Below are positions 1 to 8,115 of a stretch of DNA of 64,000 nt, piece by piece. The stretch is from Terracidiphilus sp. GTDB taxonomy: Bacteria > Acidobacteriota > Terriglobia > Terriglobales > Acidobacteriaceae. Position 1 is the first letter of the stretch. The number at the start of each line of letters is the position of its first letter. The stretch is from positions 13,894 to 77,893 of the forward strand of contig JBEKKL010000011.1 of the NCBI GenBank assembly GCA_050010735.1, given 5' to 3'. A model generated the notes under the pieces. The model was not told the DNA's origin and ran no database searches. It saw nothing but the letters and a program-made list of their open reading frames with translations. The position numbers and the translations under genes were made by a program.

Positions 1-72
1 AATTGGTATTTCGACGCCATTCGTCGCGCCGAATCAATCTATGCGCGCTATCTCAGAGAGATTGGAGAGTGA
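1..72 (+). CDS. C-terminal fragment of a RelE/HigB-type (Gp49-like) toxin, truncated by the window edge
   Basis: Frame 1 reads NWYFDAIRRAESIYARYLREIGE and stops at TGA 70-72, 5 nt before the XRE-HTH gene. Toxin followed by an HTH antitoxin is the HigBA-type order. Confidence 0.4.
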   Translation, partial: NWYFDAIRRAESIYARYLREIGE

Positions 73-77
73 ACTTT

Positions 78-425
78 ATGGCTACAAAATGGAGAGATAT
101 TCGCAAAACTCTTTCGCCCGAGGCCGAAGAGCGCATCCGGCAGAGCGTGATCGACGCAGCCGGCGTAATGACCCTCTATCAACTGCGGGAGGCGCGGAGC
201 CTGACTCAGGTCAACCTGGCAAAGGTTCTCCAGGTTAACCAGGGTGCAGTGTCGAGAATGGAGAAGCGCACGGACATGTACGTCTCGACCTTGCGGAGTT
301 ACATCCAGGCCATGGGCGGGCAACTCCAGGTCAAAGCCATCTTTCCCGAAGGCGAGGTCGAGATCGATCAGTTCGAGACATTGGCAGAGCCACAGGAGGG
401 GAACCTCAATGCAATCCAAACCTAA
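78..425 (+). CDS. XRE-family helix-turn-helix antitoxin (HigA-like)
   Basis: Internal ATG at 78 of ORF 3..425. HTH segment LREARSLTQVNLAKVLQVNQGAVSRMEKR, with a small dimerisation-like C-terminus. Sits directly after the toxin-like fragment. Confidence 0.7.
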   Translation: MATKWRDIRKTLSPEAEERIRQSVIDAAGVMTLYQLREARSLTQVNLAKVLQVNQGAVSRMEKRTDMYVSTLRSYIQAMGGQLQVKAIFPEGEVEIDQFETLAEPQEGNLNAIQT

Positions 426-618
426 GTCAGCGCTCCTGAAGACAGAAGCCAGCGTTGGGCTGCCGTCCGTCTTTCCTTATGATCCGTATAAAGGGACGAA
501 AGTCTGGGAGATCGTGGAGGAAGCAATTCAAGACTTGGTCAAGAACCGCGATATTGCGGAGATCACGCGGCGTGACTATGTTGTTGGGTATATCTGCAAA
601 CAGCTAGAACAGTTGTAA
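409..618 (+). CDS. hypothetical 69-aa acidic protein overlapping the antitoxin 3' end by 17 nt
   Basis: ATG at 409 inside ORF 244..618. Only the C-terminal part (MQSKPK...YICKQLEQL) has a protein-like composition. No motif recognised. Confidence 0.35.
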   Translation: MQSKPKSALLKTEASVGLPSVFPYDPYKGTKVWEIVEEAIQDLVKNRDIAEITRRDYVVGYICKQLEQL

Positions 619-638
619 CTGGAGGGAAAGATAATCAA

Positions 639-1121
639 ATGTCCGAACCAGGCGCACACGAAACTCAGGTCAACCAGCAGATCGTTCTGGCCATGAAGGC
701 CCACGACGCCGTCCGTACCACCACGCTGCGCCTGATCAAAAATGCCCTCAAAAACAAGGCCATAGAGAAGCGCGAGACACTGACTCCAGCCGAGGAGCAG
801 CAAGCCATGGCGAGCATGATCAAGCAGCGCCGGGACTCGATCGAGCAGTTCACCAAGGGTGGCAGGCAGGAGCTCGCCGACAAGGAAGCTGCTGAGATCG
901 CTGTAATCGAGGAGTTCCTGCCCAAGGCTCTCGATGACTCTGCGTTGCAGGAGCTGATTAGGGAGGCGGTTCAGGAGGTTGCGACCGCAAGCGGCAAGGC
1001 TCCAACACCCAAGGAGATGGGCCAGGTGATGAAGGCCGTACAGGCGAAACTGCAGGCAGCGGGCCTGCGCGCAGAGGGCCGGACGGTGAGTGAACTGGTC
1101 AAGAAGGCCTTGGCTGGATGA
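639..1121 (+). CDS. GatB/YqeY domain-containing protein
   Basis: LRLIKNALKNKAIEKRETLTPAEEQQAMASMIKQRRDSIEQF...AEIAVIEEFLP matches the YqeY family pattern. AGGGAAAG lies upstream of the ATG. Confidence 0.85.
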   Translation: MSEPGAHETQVNQQIVLAMKAHDAVRTTTLRLIKNALKNKAIEKRETLTPAEEQQAMASMIKQRRDSIEQFTKGGRQELADKEAAEIAVIEEFLPKALDDSALQELIREAVQEVATASGKAPTPKEMGQVMKAVQAKLQAAGLRAEGRTVSELVKKALAG

Positions 1122-1137
1122 GGGGGCCTGTTGGATC

Positions 1138-2223
1138 TCAAGCTGGGCTAGAGCCAAGCCCGATGTGCTCTAAGAACTGGTTCATCTCTTCGCGGGTCGC
1201 ACCCTCGGCATGGATCGAGTCATAGGTGCAACTGTTTGGATCGCGTAGCACGAAGGCAACCCCAACGCCGTCGTTACCCCAACGCAGGGATTTGACCGTC
1301 AAGGAGATCGAATACTCCGTCCTGGGCACGCCTTCTTCGACTTTTTTGAGTGTCATCTGGACCAGCGTGCCAGGATACCAGCGCTCCTCGGTCACGACAT
1401 ACAGGCCGGTCGAACTGATATCGCGGATGGTCTGCGCCACGGGAGTGCCACCGGTAAAGAAGTAGGCGGTGAGCCCAGGCACAGAGGTCCGGATATTCTT
1501 TCTCGGTTCAACCGGTTCAGGCTCAAGCCAACGCTGCAGCCAATTCTTTTTCTTCTTTGAGGTTTCACTCTTCCACGGCTCGGGTTTGGCAATCTCTTGA
1601 GCCGGCGCAGGCGGAGCCGCTTTCTCGATTGGGCGCTCCGCAACGATCGGCTGAACGGGGGGGGCGGCTACTTCTCTCGGGGCGGCAGGTGCGAAGCTCG
1701 CCGCTTGCTCTTGCCGTCCTCCGAAGGCTTGGTTAGTCGCGTGGGCAGCCGGTCCGGAACCGAAGAGTGAGGCCAGCTCGCGCTCGACGTCCTCGACGCA
1801 GCCAAAGGCGATCTGATCTCCGGGCTGGGTGTGCGAGGCAAAAATCGTGTGAACCGGCAGCGCCAGCACGCTCGAAGCCAGCGGACTCGACGGCGAGACG
1901 CGGAAGGTTGGGAAAAACTCCACATTTTCAATGACTTGGTGATTTCGATCAAGATAGATCAGATCGAGAGGAACCGTCACATCGGCGGCAGGAATTCCCC
2001 GGAATGGAGTCATCCAAAGCCCGGCACCGGATTTGGGTGTGAGCCCTGGCAGCCGATCGGCTAGCGTGGCAGGCGAAAAATCACCACAGGCGATCTCCAC
2101 CCCGAGGATGTATCCCCTAGTCTTGTTGTAGGCACAGCGGTTCTTCGTCTCAGCGCACTCTCCCAGGTCCGGCGTGCCGGCACCGTAGGGTTGGTAAACT
2201 CCGAGTTCGCTCGATCTCTCCAC
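1138..2223 (-). CDS. DUF192-like N-terminal domain fused to a C-terminal PilZ (c-di-GMP-binding) domain through a Pro/Ala-rich linker
   Basis: N-terminus has GLWMTPF...PLDLIYLDRNHQVIENVE (DUF192/COG1430-like). C-terminus has RKNIR (RxxxR) and DISSTG (DxSxxG), the PilZ motifs. Confidence 0.7.
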   Translation of the reverse strand: MERSSELGVYQPYGAGTPDLGECAETKNRCAYNKTRGYILGVEIACGDFSPATLADRLPGLTPKSGAGLWMTPFRGIPAADVTVPLDLIYLDRNHQVIENVEFFPTFRVSPSSPLASSVLALPVHTIFASHTQPGDQIAFGCVEDVERELASLFGSGPAAHATNQAFGGRQEQAASFAPAAPREVAAPPVQPIVAERPIEKAAPPAPAQEIAKPEPWKSETSKKKKNWLQRWLEPEPVEPRKNIRTSVPGLTAYFFTGGTPVAQTIRDISSTGLYVVTEERWYPGTLVQMTLKKVEEGVPRTEYSISLTVKSLRWGNDGVGVAFVLRDPNSCTYDSIHAEGATREEMNQFLEHIGLGSSPA

Positions 2224-2748
2224 GAGGCGTCTCCGTTTAGAAGAGAAACACCGCTGCTTTGCCAGCAGTTGCTCTCTCTCTATCGGCTTTTTTCTGCAAC
2301 CGCTTCACTCCCAATGAGAAGCGCATTAGAAAAATGTGCACTTTTGTACTGCTGAGGTCACTCAACAGCCTATTCAGACTAGTGCTCGCCGTTCTTGGCC
2401 GCTTTGTCCTGGAACAAAGCTAAAGCTACACCCTGACCTAAGCAATCGACACGCCAAAGCGCCAAAAGGATTCATCGTAGTTCCCGAACTGAGAAGAATT
2501 ACCAAAATGGGAATTGCTGTCGACGAGATAGCATATGTCTTCGGCAGTTTGGTGTTTTCCTAGAAAAGGCGAACAAGAGGCGAATTACGAAGGGAGGGTC
2601 CTTCTTTTCCCGGCTCCAATCGGGGAGAGTTCGGGCAGAGCTGGCTCCCCATCATCAAGAATAGCTGGATGCCGGAAACAATCCGCAAATCGGGTTGAGG
2701 TAGCTCTGGAGCGGTTGTCTCATGTGGTGTCATCGCGGGTGATTGCCG

Positions 2749-3675
2749 TCAAAAGACCTCGGAAGGACCATCTGGCGGAGGAAGATGCTTGAGCAGTCCG
2801 AGTTCGCCAGCCAGTCGCTCGAGCCGGACGCGAGTGGCTGCCGCGGGAGGAACAAGCGGCAGGCGGACATGGTCTGTGCATCGGCCCATCAGAGCGAGAA
2901 TCGTCTTGACGGGCGAGGGATTCGACTCCCAGAAGTTTGCGTCGAAGAGACGGCCCCATCGGCGTTCAAGTTCCCGGGCCTCGATCCAGTTGTTGTTGAG
3001 CGCAGCGTGGATCATGCGACTGACCTCGCCGGGCGCCTCGTTCGCAGCAACACTGATGAGTCCCTGCGCGCCGACACCGATGGAGGCGAGGGCGAGGTTG
3101 TCGTCGCCCGAGAAGACCTTGAAGCCGCGCGGCAGCAGGTGGACGAGCTGCGCGATCTGGGGCAGCTTGCCGCTCGCTTCTTTGATGGCCTGAATATTGG
3201 GCGCGGCCTCGGCAAGGCGAAGGACGGTCTCGGGATCGAGGCCGACGGCGGTTCGTCCAGGAACGTTATAGAGCACGACGGGCAGCGGAGCGACGGCCTG
3301 AGCCAGAGCCAGAAAGTGCTGGAACTGGCCCTCCTGGGAGGGCTTGTTGTAGTAGGGATTGGCCGAGAGCACCGCGTCGACGCCGCGAATCTGCTTTAGC
3401 CGGCTTGCGTTGCGCAGCAGCGCGCGAGTGGAGTTATGGGTGCATCCGGCCCAGACCGGCACGCGGCCCTGAGCGGCATCGGCCACGATGCAGATCGTCA
3501 TCAGCCACTCTTCTTCATCGAGGGTGGCTGCCTCGCCGGTGGATCCGCAGGCAACCAGAATGTCGACGCCCGAGTCGATCTGCCAGTCGACAAGCGCTCT
3601 CAGCGCCGGCTCGTCGATCGATCCATCAGCCCTGAAGGGCGTTACGATTGCGGTACCGCATCCCGTCGTTTCCAT
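2749..3675 (-). CDS. dapA: 4-hydroxy-tetrahydrodipicolinate synthase
   Basis: Internal start METTGCGTAIVTPF at 3675 of ORF 2749..3936. Contains GVDILVACGSTGEAATL and a full-length DapA-like sequence. Confidence 0.9.
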   Translation of the reverse strand: METTGCGTAIVTPFRADGSIDEPALRALVDWQIDSGVDILVACGSTGEAATLDEEEWLMTICIVADAAQGRVPVWAGCTHNSTRALLRNASRLKQIRGVDAVLSANPYYNKPSQEGQFQHFLALAQAVAPLPVVLYNVPGRTAVGLDPETVLRLAEAAPNIQAIKEASGKLPQIAQLVHLLPRGFKVFSGDDNLALASIGVGAQGLISVAANEAPGEVSRMIHAALNNNWIEARELERRWGRLFDANFWESNPSPVKTILALMGRCTDHVRLPLVPPAAATRVRLERLAGELGLLKHLPPPDGPSEVF

Positions 3676-3763
3676 GATAAGAGCAGTGTATAACGTGCGG
3701 GGGTGCGGCCTAAAGTGCCGAATTGACGCGGAGCAAATTGAAAGGCCCGGCTTCGCTTTGCGC

Positions 3764-4768
3764 TCACGTCCAATGAGGGAACAGCGTTGTATAGGTTTGA
3801 TTTTGCTCAAGCGCTGCGCGCTCGGCCCAACCGATTTTGGTGAATACCAGAGGAGCGAGAAAGACAGTGATGAAGCCGGCGGCGATGAAGCGGAGATAGT
3901 CGGCCAGGCTCCCAAGAAATGACGAGTGATCAGCAACGATGCCGCAGACTCTGCCGAGGAGAAGCAACGATGCTAGGACCATACCAACGGACAAGAGACC
4001 GCGCAGAGTTTTGATAAGCGGGCTTGAGCTTTGAGGATCGAAGTTGACGATGCGCAGCTCAAGAGGGCGTGCGATCGCGATGCCGGTGATAAAACCGGCA
4101 TAGCTGAGCACATCGCGAGGTTGGCCCTGGATGTGCCGGCCATTGAGAAGAGCCGCGAGCAGCCAGAGCGCGAGGCTCGCCGCCACGGCTGTTGCAATCT
4201 GCTGCGGGTATGAGAGCCGGTTCCACGTCGAGGAGATGGCTTCGGCGTAACGTATGGAGACGAGCGCGATGGTGATTCCGATTGCCCAGCCAATGAGAAC
4301 ATCTTCGACATAGTGCACACCGAGATAGGGACGCGAAAGGCCAATCAAAAAGATGGTAACAACAGCAAAGGCCCGCACGATGCGCTTGTGAACGAGGCCA
4401 TAGAGACAGGAGTAGAAGGCGGACGACCCCATCGCGTGGCCGGAGGGAGTGGAGTATTCCGCGGCGAGCGTAGCGACGCTCTGCGGCGACACGGCCCACT
4501 TGTTTTGCCAGGTTCCCTCGCGTATGAAGGGACGGGGATTTTTGATGGCCAGCTTCAACAGGTCATTGAACGCCATGGTGAAGAGGATCAATACAGATAG
4601 CCGAATTGCCAACTGCTTGTCCCATGCGACATAGATGAGTATGGCGAAGAGGATGTAGACGCTCGCACTACCGAACGTGGCGGCGAGAAGAAACAAGCTG
4701 GTGAGAAAGCCGGTTCTGTGGTCGATAAAAAACTGAACGAGATCCAGATTGAAAGGCAATGGCGCCAC
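3764..4768 (-). CDS. PAP2-family membrane phosphatase
   Basis: Polytopic membrane protein with the PAP2 motifs KNPRPF, PSGH and SRPYLGVHYVEDV. Confidence 0.8.
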   Translation of the reverse strand: MAPLPFNLDLVQFFIDHRTGFLTSLFLLAATFGSASVYILFAILIYVAWDKQLAIRLSVLILFTMAFNDLLKLAIKNPRPFIREGTWQNKWAVSPQSVATLAAEYSTPSGHAMGSSAFYSCLYGLVHKRIVRAFAVVTIFLIGLSRPYLGVHYVEDVLIGWAIGITIALVSIRYAEAISSTWNRLSYPQQIATAVAASLALWLLAALLNGRHIQGQPRDVLSYAGFITGIAIARPLELRIVNFDPQSSSPLIKTLRGLLSVGMVLASLLLLGRVCGIVADHSSFLGSLADYLRFIAAGFITVFLAPLVFTKIGWAERAALEQNQTYTTLFPHWT

Positions 4769-4849
4769 GAGATTTCCTCTCCTTATGTAACGGGCCGCGT
4801 CATTCGCTCTTTATCTTAGGAATTTCGGAAATAGAACGGTGAAGGCCCA

Positions 4850-5539
4850 TTACAACCGGTCGAAGATCTCGCGGAAGTCATGGAAGCCGGAGTTGCGAGC
4901 GAGCCACTCGGCTCCGCGAACGGCGCCGAAGGCCAGGCAGCGGCGGTCTTTGACTTCGTGGCGGATTTCGAGCGTGTCGCTGTCGCTGACTGCTTTGACG
5001 ATGTGTTCGCCCTTGGCGTCGCCTACGCGGTGAGAGGCGATAAGGATCTCGCCTTGGGAGCCGGTCTTGGAGCGAGCCGCCTCGATAATCTCGCGAAGGG
5101 TGAGTGCAGTTCCCGAGGGCGCATCGAGCTTGGAGACGTGATGGGTTTCGTCGATGGTGAATTTGTAGCCGTCGAGCTGAGCGAGCGCGGCGGTGAGTTG
5201 GAAGAGCTTCTGCACGCCGATGGAAAAGTTGGTGCCATAAAGCAAGCCGCCGCCGTGCTTGTGCGCCAGCGACTTCATTTCGTCCAGAGACCCACACCAG
5301 CCGGTGGTGCCGACGACGATGCGTCCGCCCAGGGTAAGGACGGCGCGCATGTTTTCGACAGCGGCCTGGGGAGAGGTGAAGTCGATCAGCGCATCGACGC
5401 CGGCGAGATTCGCCTTGGTGAGGGCGCTGGCGTGCGGATTTTCGTCAACGTCGAATGCGCGCACGACATGGCCTCGCTCGCGAGCCACCTCGGCTGCCAG
5501 GCTGCCAGTCTTTCCTTTGCCTAAAACGATGAATTGCAT
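4850..5539 (-). CDS. dapB: 4-hydroxy-tetrahydrodipicolinate reductase (short form)
   Basis: Start MQFIVLGKGKTG at 5539, preceded by AAGGTGAGG. Contains ETHHVSKLDAPSGTA, the DapB signature. Confidence 0.85.
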   Translation of the reverse strand: MQFIVLGKGKTGSLAAEVARERGHVVRAFDVDENPHASALTKANLAGVDALIDFTSPQAAVENMRAVLTLGGRIVVGTTGWCGSLDEMKSLAHKHGGGLLYGTNFSIGVQKLFQLTAALAQLDGYKFTIDETHHVSKLDAPSGTALTLREIIEAARSKTGSQGEILIASHRVGDAKGEHIVKAVSDSDTLEIRHEVKDRRCLAFGAVRGAEWLARNSGFHDFREIFDRL

Positions 5540-5616
5540 GAAGACCTCACCTTGAAGGATTGGGTTGCTGGGTCTGCCAGAGCCGAAATCGAGTTGGGGC
5601 TGTGGCGTTATTCTGA

Positions 5617-8115
5617 ATGGAACAGATACGGATCGACGACACGTTGAAATCAAAGTCTAGATCGATTGTCGCGCCTTCGGCTCGCCGCCGTAAACATGGC
5701 TGGCCGCGGAAGCTGCTGTGGTCGGCAGGCGGGCTGCTTGTGCTGTTGCTTGTGGCGGGTTGCGTGGGTGTGCTTTGGTTGCGATCGGCCACCATTGCTG
5801 CGCTACCGGCTCTGGATGGCGATGTGCGGCTGGCAGGACTCTCCGCCCCGGTGACTGTGCGGCGCGATGGCCACGGCGTGCCGCACATCGAGGCTGCTAC
5901 CGAAGAGGATCTCTTCGTAGCGCAGGGTTATGTGACCGCGCAGGACAGACTGTGGCAGATGGACAGCTTCAGGCGCAACGCCAACGGAGAGCTGGCAGCG
6001 GTGTTGGGCCCGTCGATGGTGGCACATGACCGGGCACAGCGCGTACTTCAGTTTCGCAATACTGCTCGGCGGGTTTATTCGAAGTTGGCTGCCGCGGACC
6101 GTGAGCGCCTGGTGGCTTATGCCCGCGGAGTGAACTTGTATATAGAACAACACCAGAAGTCGCTTCCGCCGGAGTTCAGGTTGCTGCACTATCGTCCGCA
6201 GCCGTGGTCTGGGGTGGACTCGGTCAGCATCGGCTTGATGATGGTGGATATGCTCGATAGCCACTGGTACGCAAAGTTGGGGCGGGAACGGGTCGCGGCC
6301 GATCTGCATGACAAGAGGCTTGAGAACGAACTTTATCCCGTGGGTTCGTGGCGCGACCATCCGCCGACTGGCATACGCGTCGACCTGAGCCAGCCGCATC
6401 CCGAGCTGACCCAGCCCACCGACGATGACGACGACGATGATCGCAGCCAGGCCAGCGGCGCGACGAATGAGGACCTTCGCGAATTGCGGACAGTGCTTGG
6501 CCTCCCCTCGTGCGATGGATGCGCAGCGGGATCGAATAACTGGGTGATTACGGGCCAGCATACGGCCAGCGGAAGGCCGCTGCTTTCGAATGACATGCAT
6601 CTGCCGCTGACTGAACCGAACATCTGGTACATGGCGGACCTGAAGGCGACCGGTGCGCCGGGCTTTCATGCGGCCGGAGTGACGTTGCCGGGCGTGCCGT
6701 TTGTGATTGCCGGGCACAACGAGCATGTTGCATGGGGATTCACCGCGTTGTACGGGGATGTGCAGGACCTTTACTGGGAGAAACTCGACGGGAAGGGAAA
6801 CTACGAAGCTGCTGACGGGAGCTGGAAGCCGCTCAAGGTGGACCACGAGGTCATTGAGGTGCGCGGCGGCAAGAATGTAGCGGTGGATGTGCAGATCACC
6901 GAGCATGGACCGCTGCTGAATCCGATGTTCAAGAAGGAGAAGCGGCCGATTGCATTGAAGTGGACGCTATACGATCCTGAACTGAACGGATTGCCGCTCT
7001 ACCAAATGAACTCGGCCTCGAACTGGAAGGAGTTTTCTGCGGCGTTGGAAGGCTGGTATTGGCCGACGCAGAATGTGGTTTACTCCGATGATCAGGGGCA
7101 TGTTGCCTATCACGCGGCTGGGCGGGTACCGATCAGGCCGTCGGGGCTTGTGGGCGTGCCGATTGAAGACAGCACGCATGAGTGGCAGAGGTACATTCCA
7201 TTTGACGCAATGCCCAATGCCGTCGATCCTCCGTCGGGATTTCTGGCCACGGCCAACTCGCGGGTTACGACCGCGGATTCACAGTTTCCGCTTTCGCTCG
7301 AGTGGGTCGACCCGTACCGCATCGAACGCATCTACAAGATGCTGGACGGCCGCGATCATCTTACTCCCGCCGACCTTCTGGCTGTTCAAAACGATATCTA
7401 TAGCGAGATGGATCAGGAGCTGGGCCATCGCTTCGCTTACGCCATCGATCACACTCCTGATGCGAACGAGCAATTGAAGAAGGCGGCAGACCTGATGCGT
7501 AGCTGGGATGGCAAGCTCACCACAGACTCGGCCGCCGCCTCGATCGTGACTCAGGCGCGATATGCCTTTTGGCCGCTGATTCTCAAGCCCAAGTTAGGCG
7601 AGGATGCCGATTTCTATAGCTGGGGAGAGAAGAATTCCGCCGAGGAAGAGATCATCATGCACGGGTACACCGAGTGGCTTCCAATGAGTTATAAGAATTG
7701 GGACGCGCTGCTGACTGACGCCGTGCGGCAGGGGATGAAAAACGGCAAGGCCCCGGAGGATGATGCTCGCTGGAGTTATGGAAGCTGGCATGTGGTGGAA
7801 ATCGAGCATCCGCTGGCGCAGTTTCTTCCGCTGATGGGCCGCGTAGCCGGAACCGGCGCGCATCCGCTCAGCGGCGACACGACGACTGTGAAGCAAGTGG
7901 GACGAGCATTCGGTCCCTCGCAGCGATTCACGATGGACTGGAGCAACGTGGACGGTTCGACGGAAGAAATTGTGCTGGGCGAGAGTGGCAATCCTTATTC
8001 GCCATACTTCCGCGACCAGTGGAATGACTACTACAGCGGCACGACCTTTGCGCTGCCTTTCACCTCTGCAGCTGTAGCCGCATCCACCATCCACACGCTG
8101 CGGCTATTGCCATGA
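5617..8115 (+). CDS. penicillin-amidase / acyl-homoserine-lactone acylase family Ntn-hydrolase
   Basis: N-terminal TM/signal segment. Spacer peptide contains D7. Putative autoproteolytic nucleophile Ser in GSNNWVITG (Ser codon 6532-6534). Length and motifs are typical of the family. Confidence 0.85.
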   Translation: MEQIRIDDTLKSKSRSIVAPSARRRKHGWPRKLLWSAGGLLVLLLVAGCVGVLWLRSATIAALPALDGDVRLAGLSAPVTVRRDGHGVPHIEAATEEDLFVAQGYVTAQDRLWQMDSFRRNANGELAAVLGPSMVAHDRAQRVLQFRNTARRVYSKLAAADRERLVAYARGVNLYIEQHQKSLPPEFRLLHYRPQPWSGVDSVSIGLMMVDMLDSHWYAKLGRERVAADLHDKRLENELYPVGSWRDHPPTGIRVDLSQPHPELTQPTDDDDDDDRSQASGATNEDLRELRTVLGLPSCDGCAAGSNNWVITGQHTASGRPLLSNDMHLPLTEPNIWYMADLKATGAPGFHAAGVTLPGVPFVIAGHNEHVAWGFTALYGDVQDLYWEKLDGKGNYEAADGSWKPLKVDHEVIEVRGGKNVAVDVQITEHGPLLNPMFKKEKRPIALKWTLYDPELNGLPLYQMNSASNWKEFSAALEGWYWPTQNVVYSDDQGHVAYHAAGRVPIRPSGLVGVPIEDSTHEWQRYIPFDAMPNAVDPPSGFLATANSRVTTADSQFPLSLEWVDPYRIERIYKMLDGRDHLTPADLLAVQNDIYSEMDQELGHRFAYAIDHTPDANEQLKKAADLMRSWDGKLTTDSAAASIVTQARYAFWPLILKPKLGEDADFYSWGEKNSAEEEIIMHGYTEWLPMSYKNWDALLTDAVRQGMKNGKAPEDDARWSYGSWHVVEIEHPLAQFLPLMGRVAGTGAHPLSGDTTTVKQVGRAFGPSQRFTMDWSNVDGSTEEIVLGESGNPYSPYFRDQWNDYYSGTTFALPFTSAAVAASTIHTLRLLP

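Noticed and set aside
2749-3936. N-terminally extended versions of track ORFs: dapA to 3936, dapB to 5653, atpF to 20278, ispA-like to 9686, FDH to 39057, GntR to 52574, M24 to 48901.
   Set aside because: The family-conserved N-termini begin at internal start codons with better RBS spacing or ATGA coupling. The extensions overlap neighbouring genes or have non-protein-like composition.
6421-6441. Poly-Asp codon run (D7) in the acylase considered as a slippage-prone repeat or frameshift site.
   Set aside because: GAC and GAT codons are mixed, the frame is intact, and the run lies in the expected spacer peptide that Ntn-hydrolase maturation removes.
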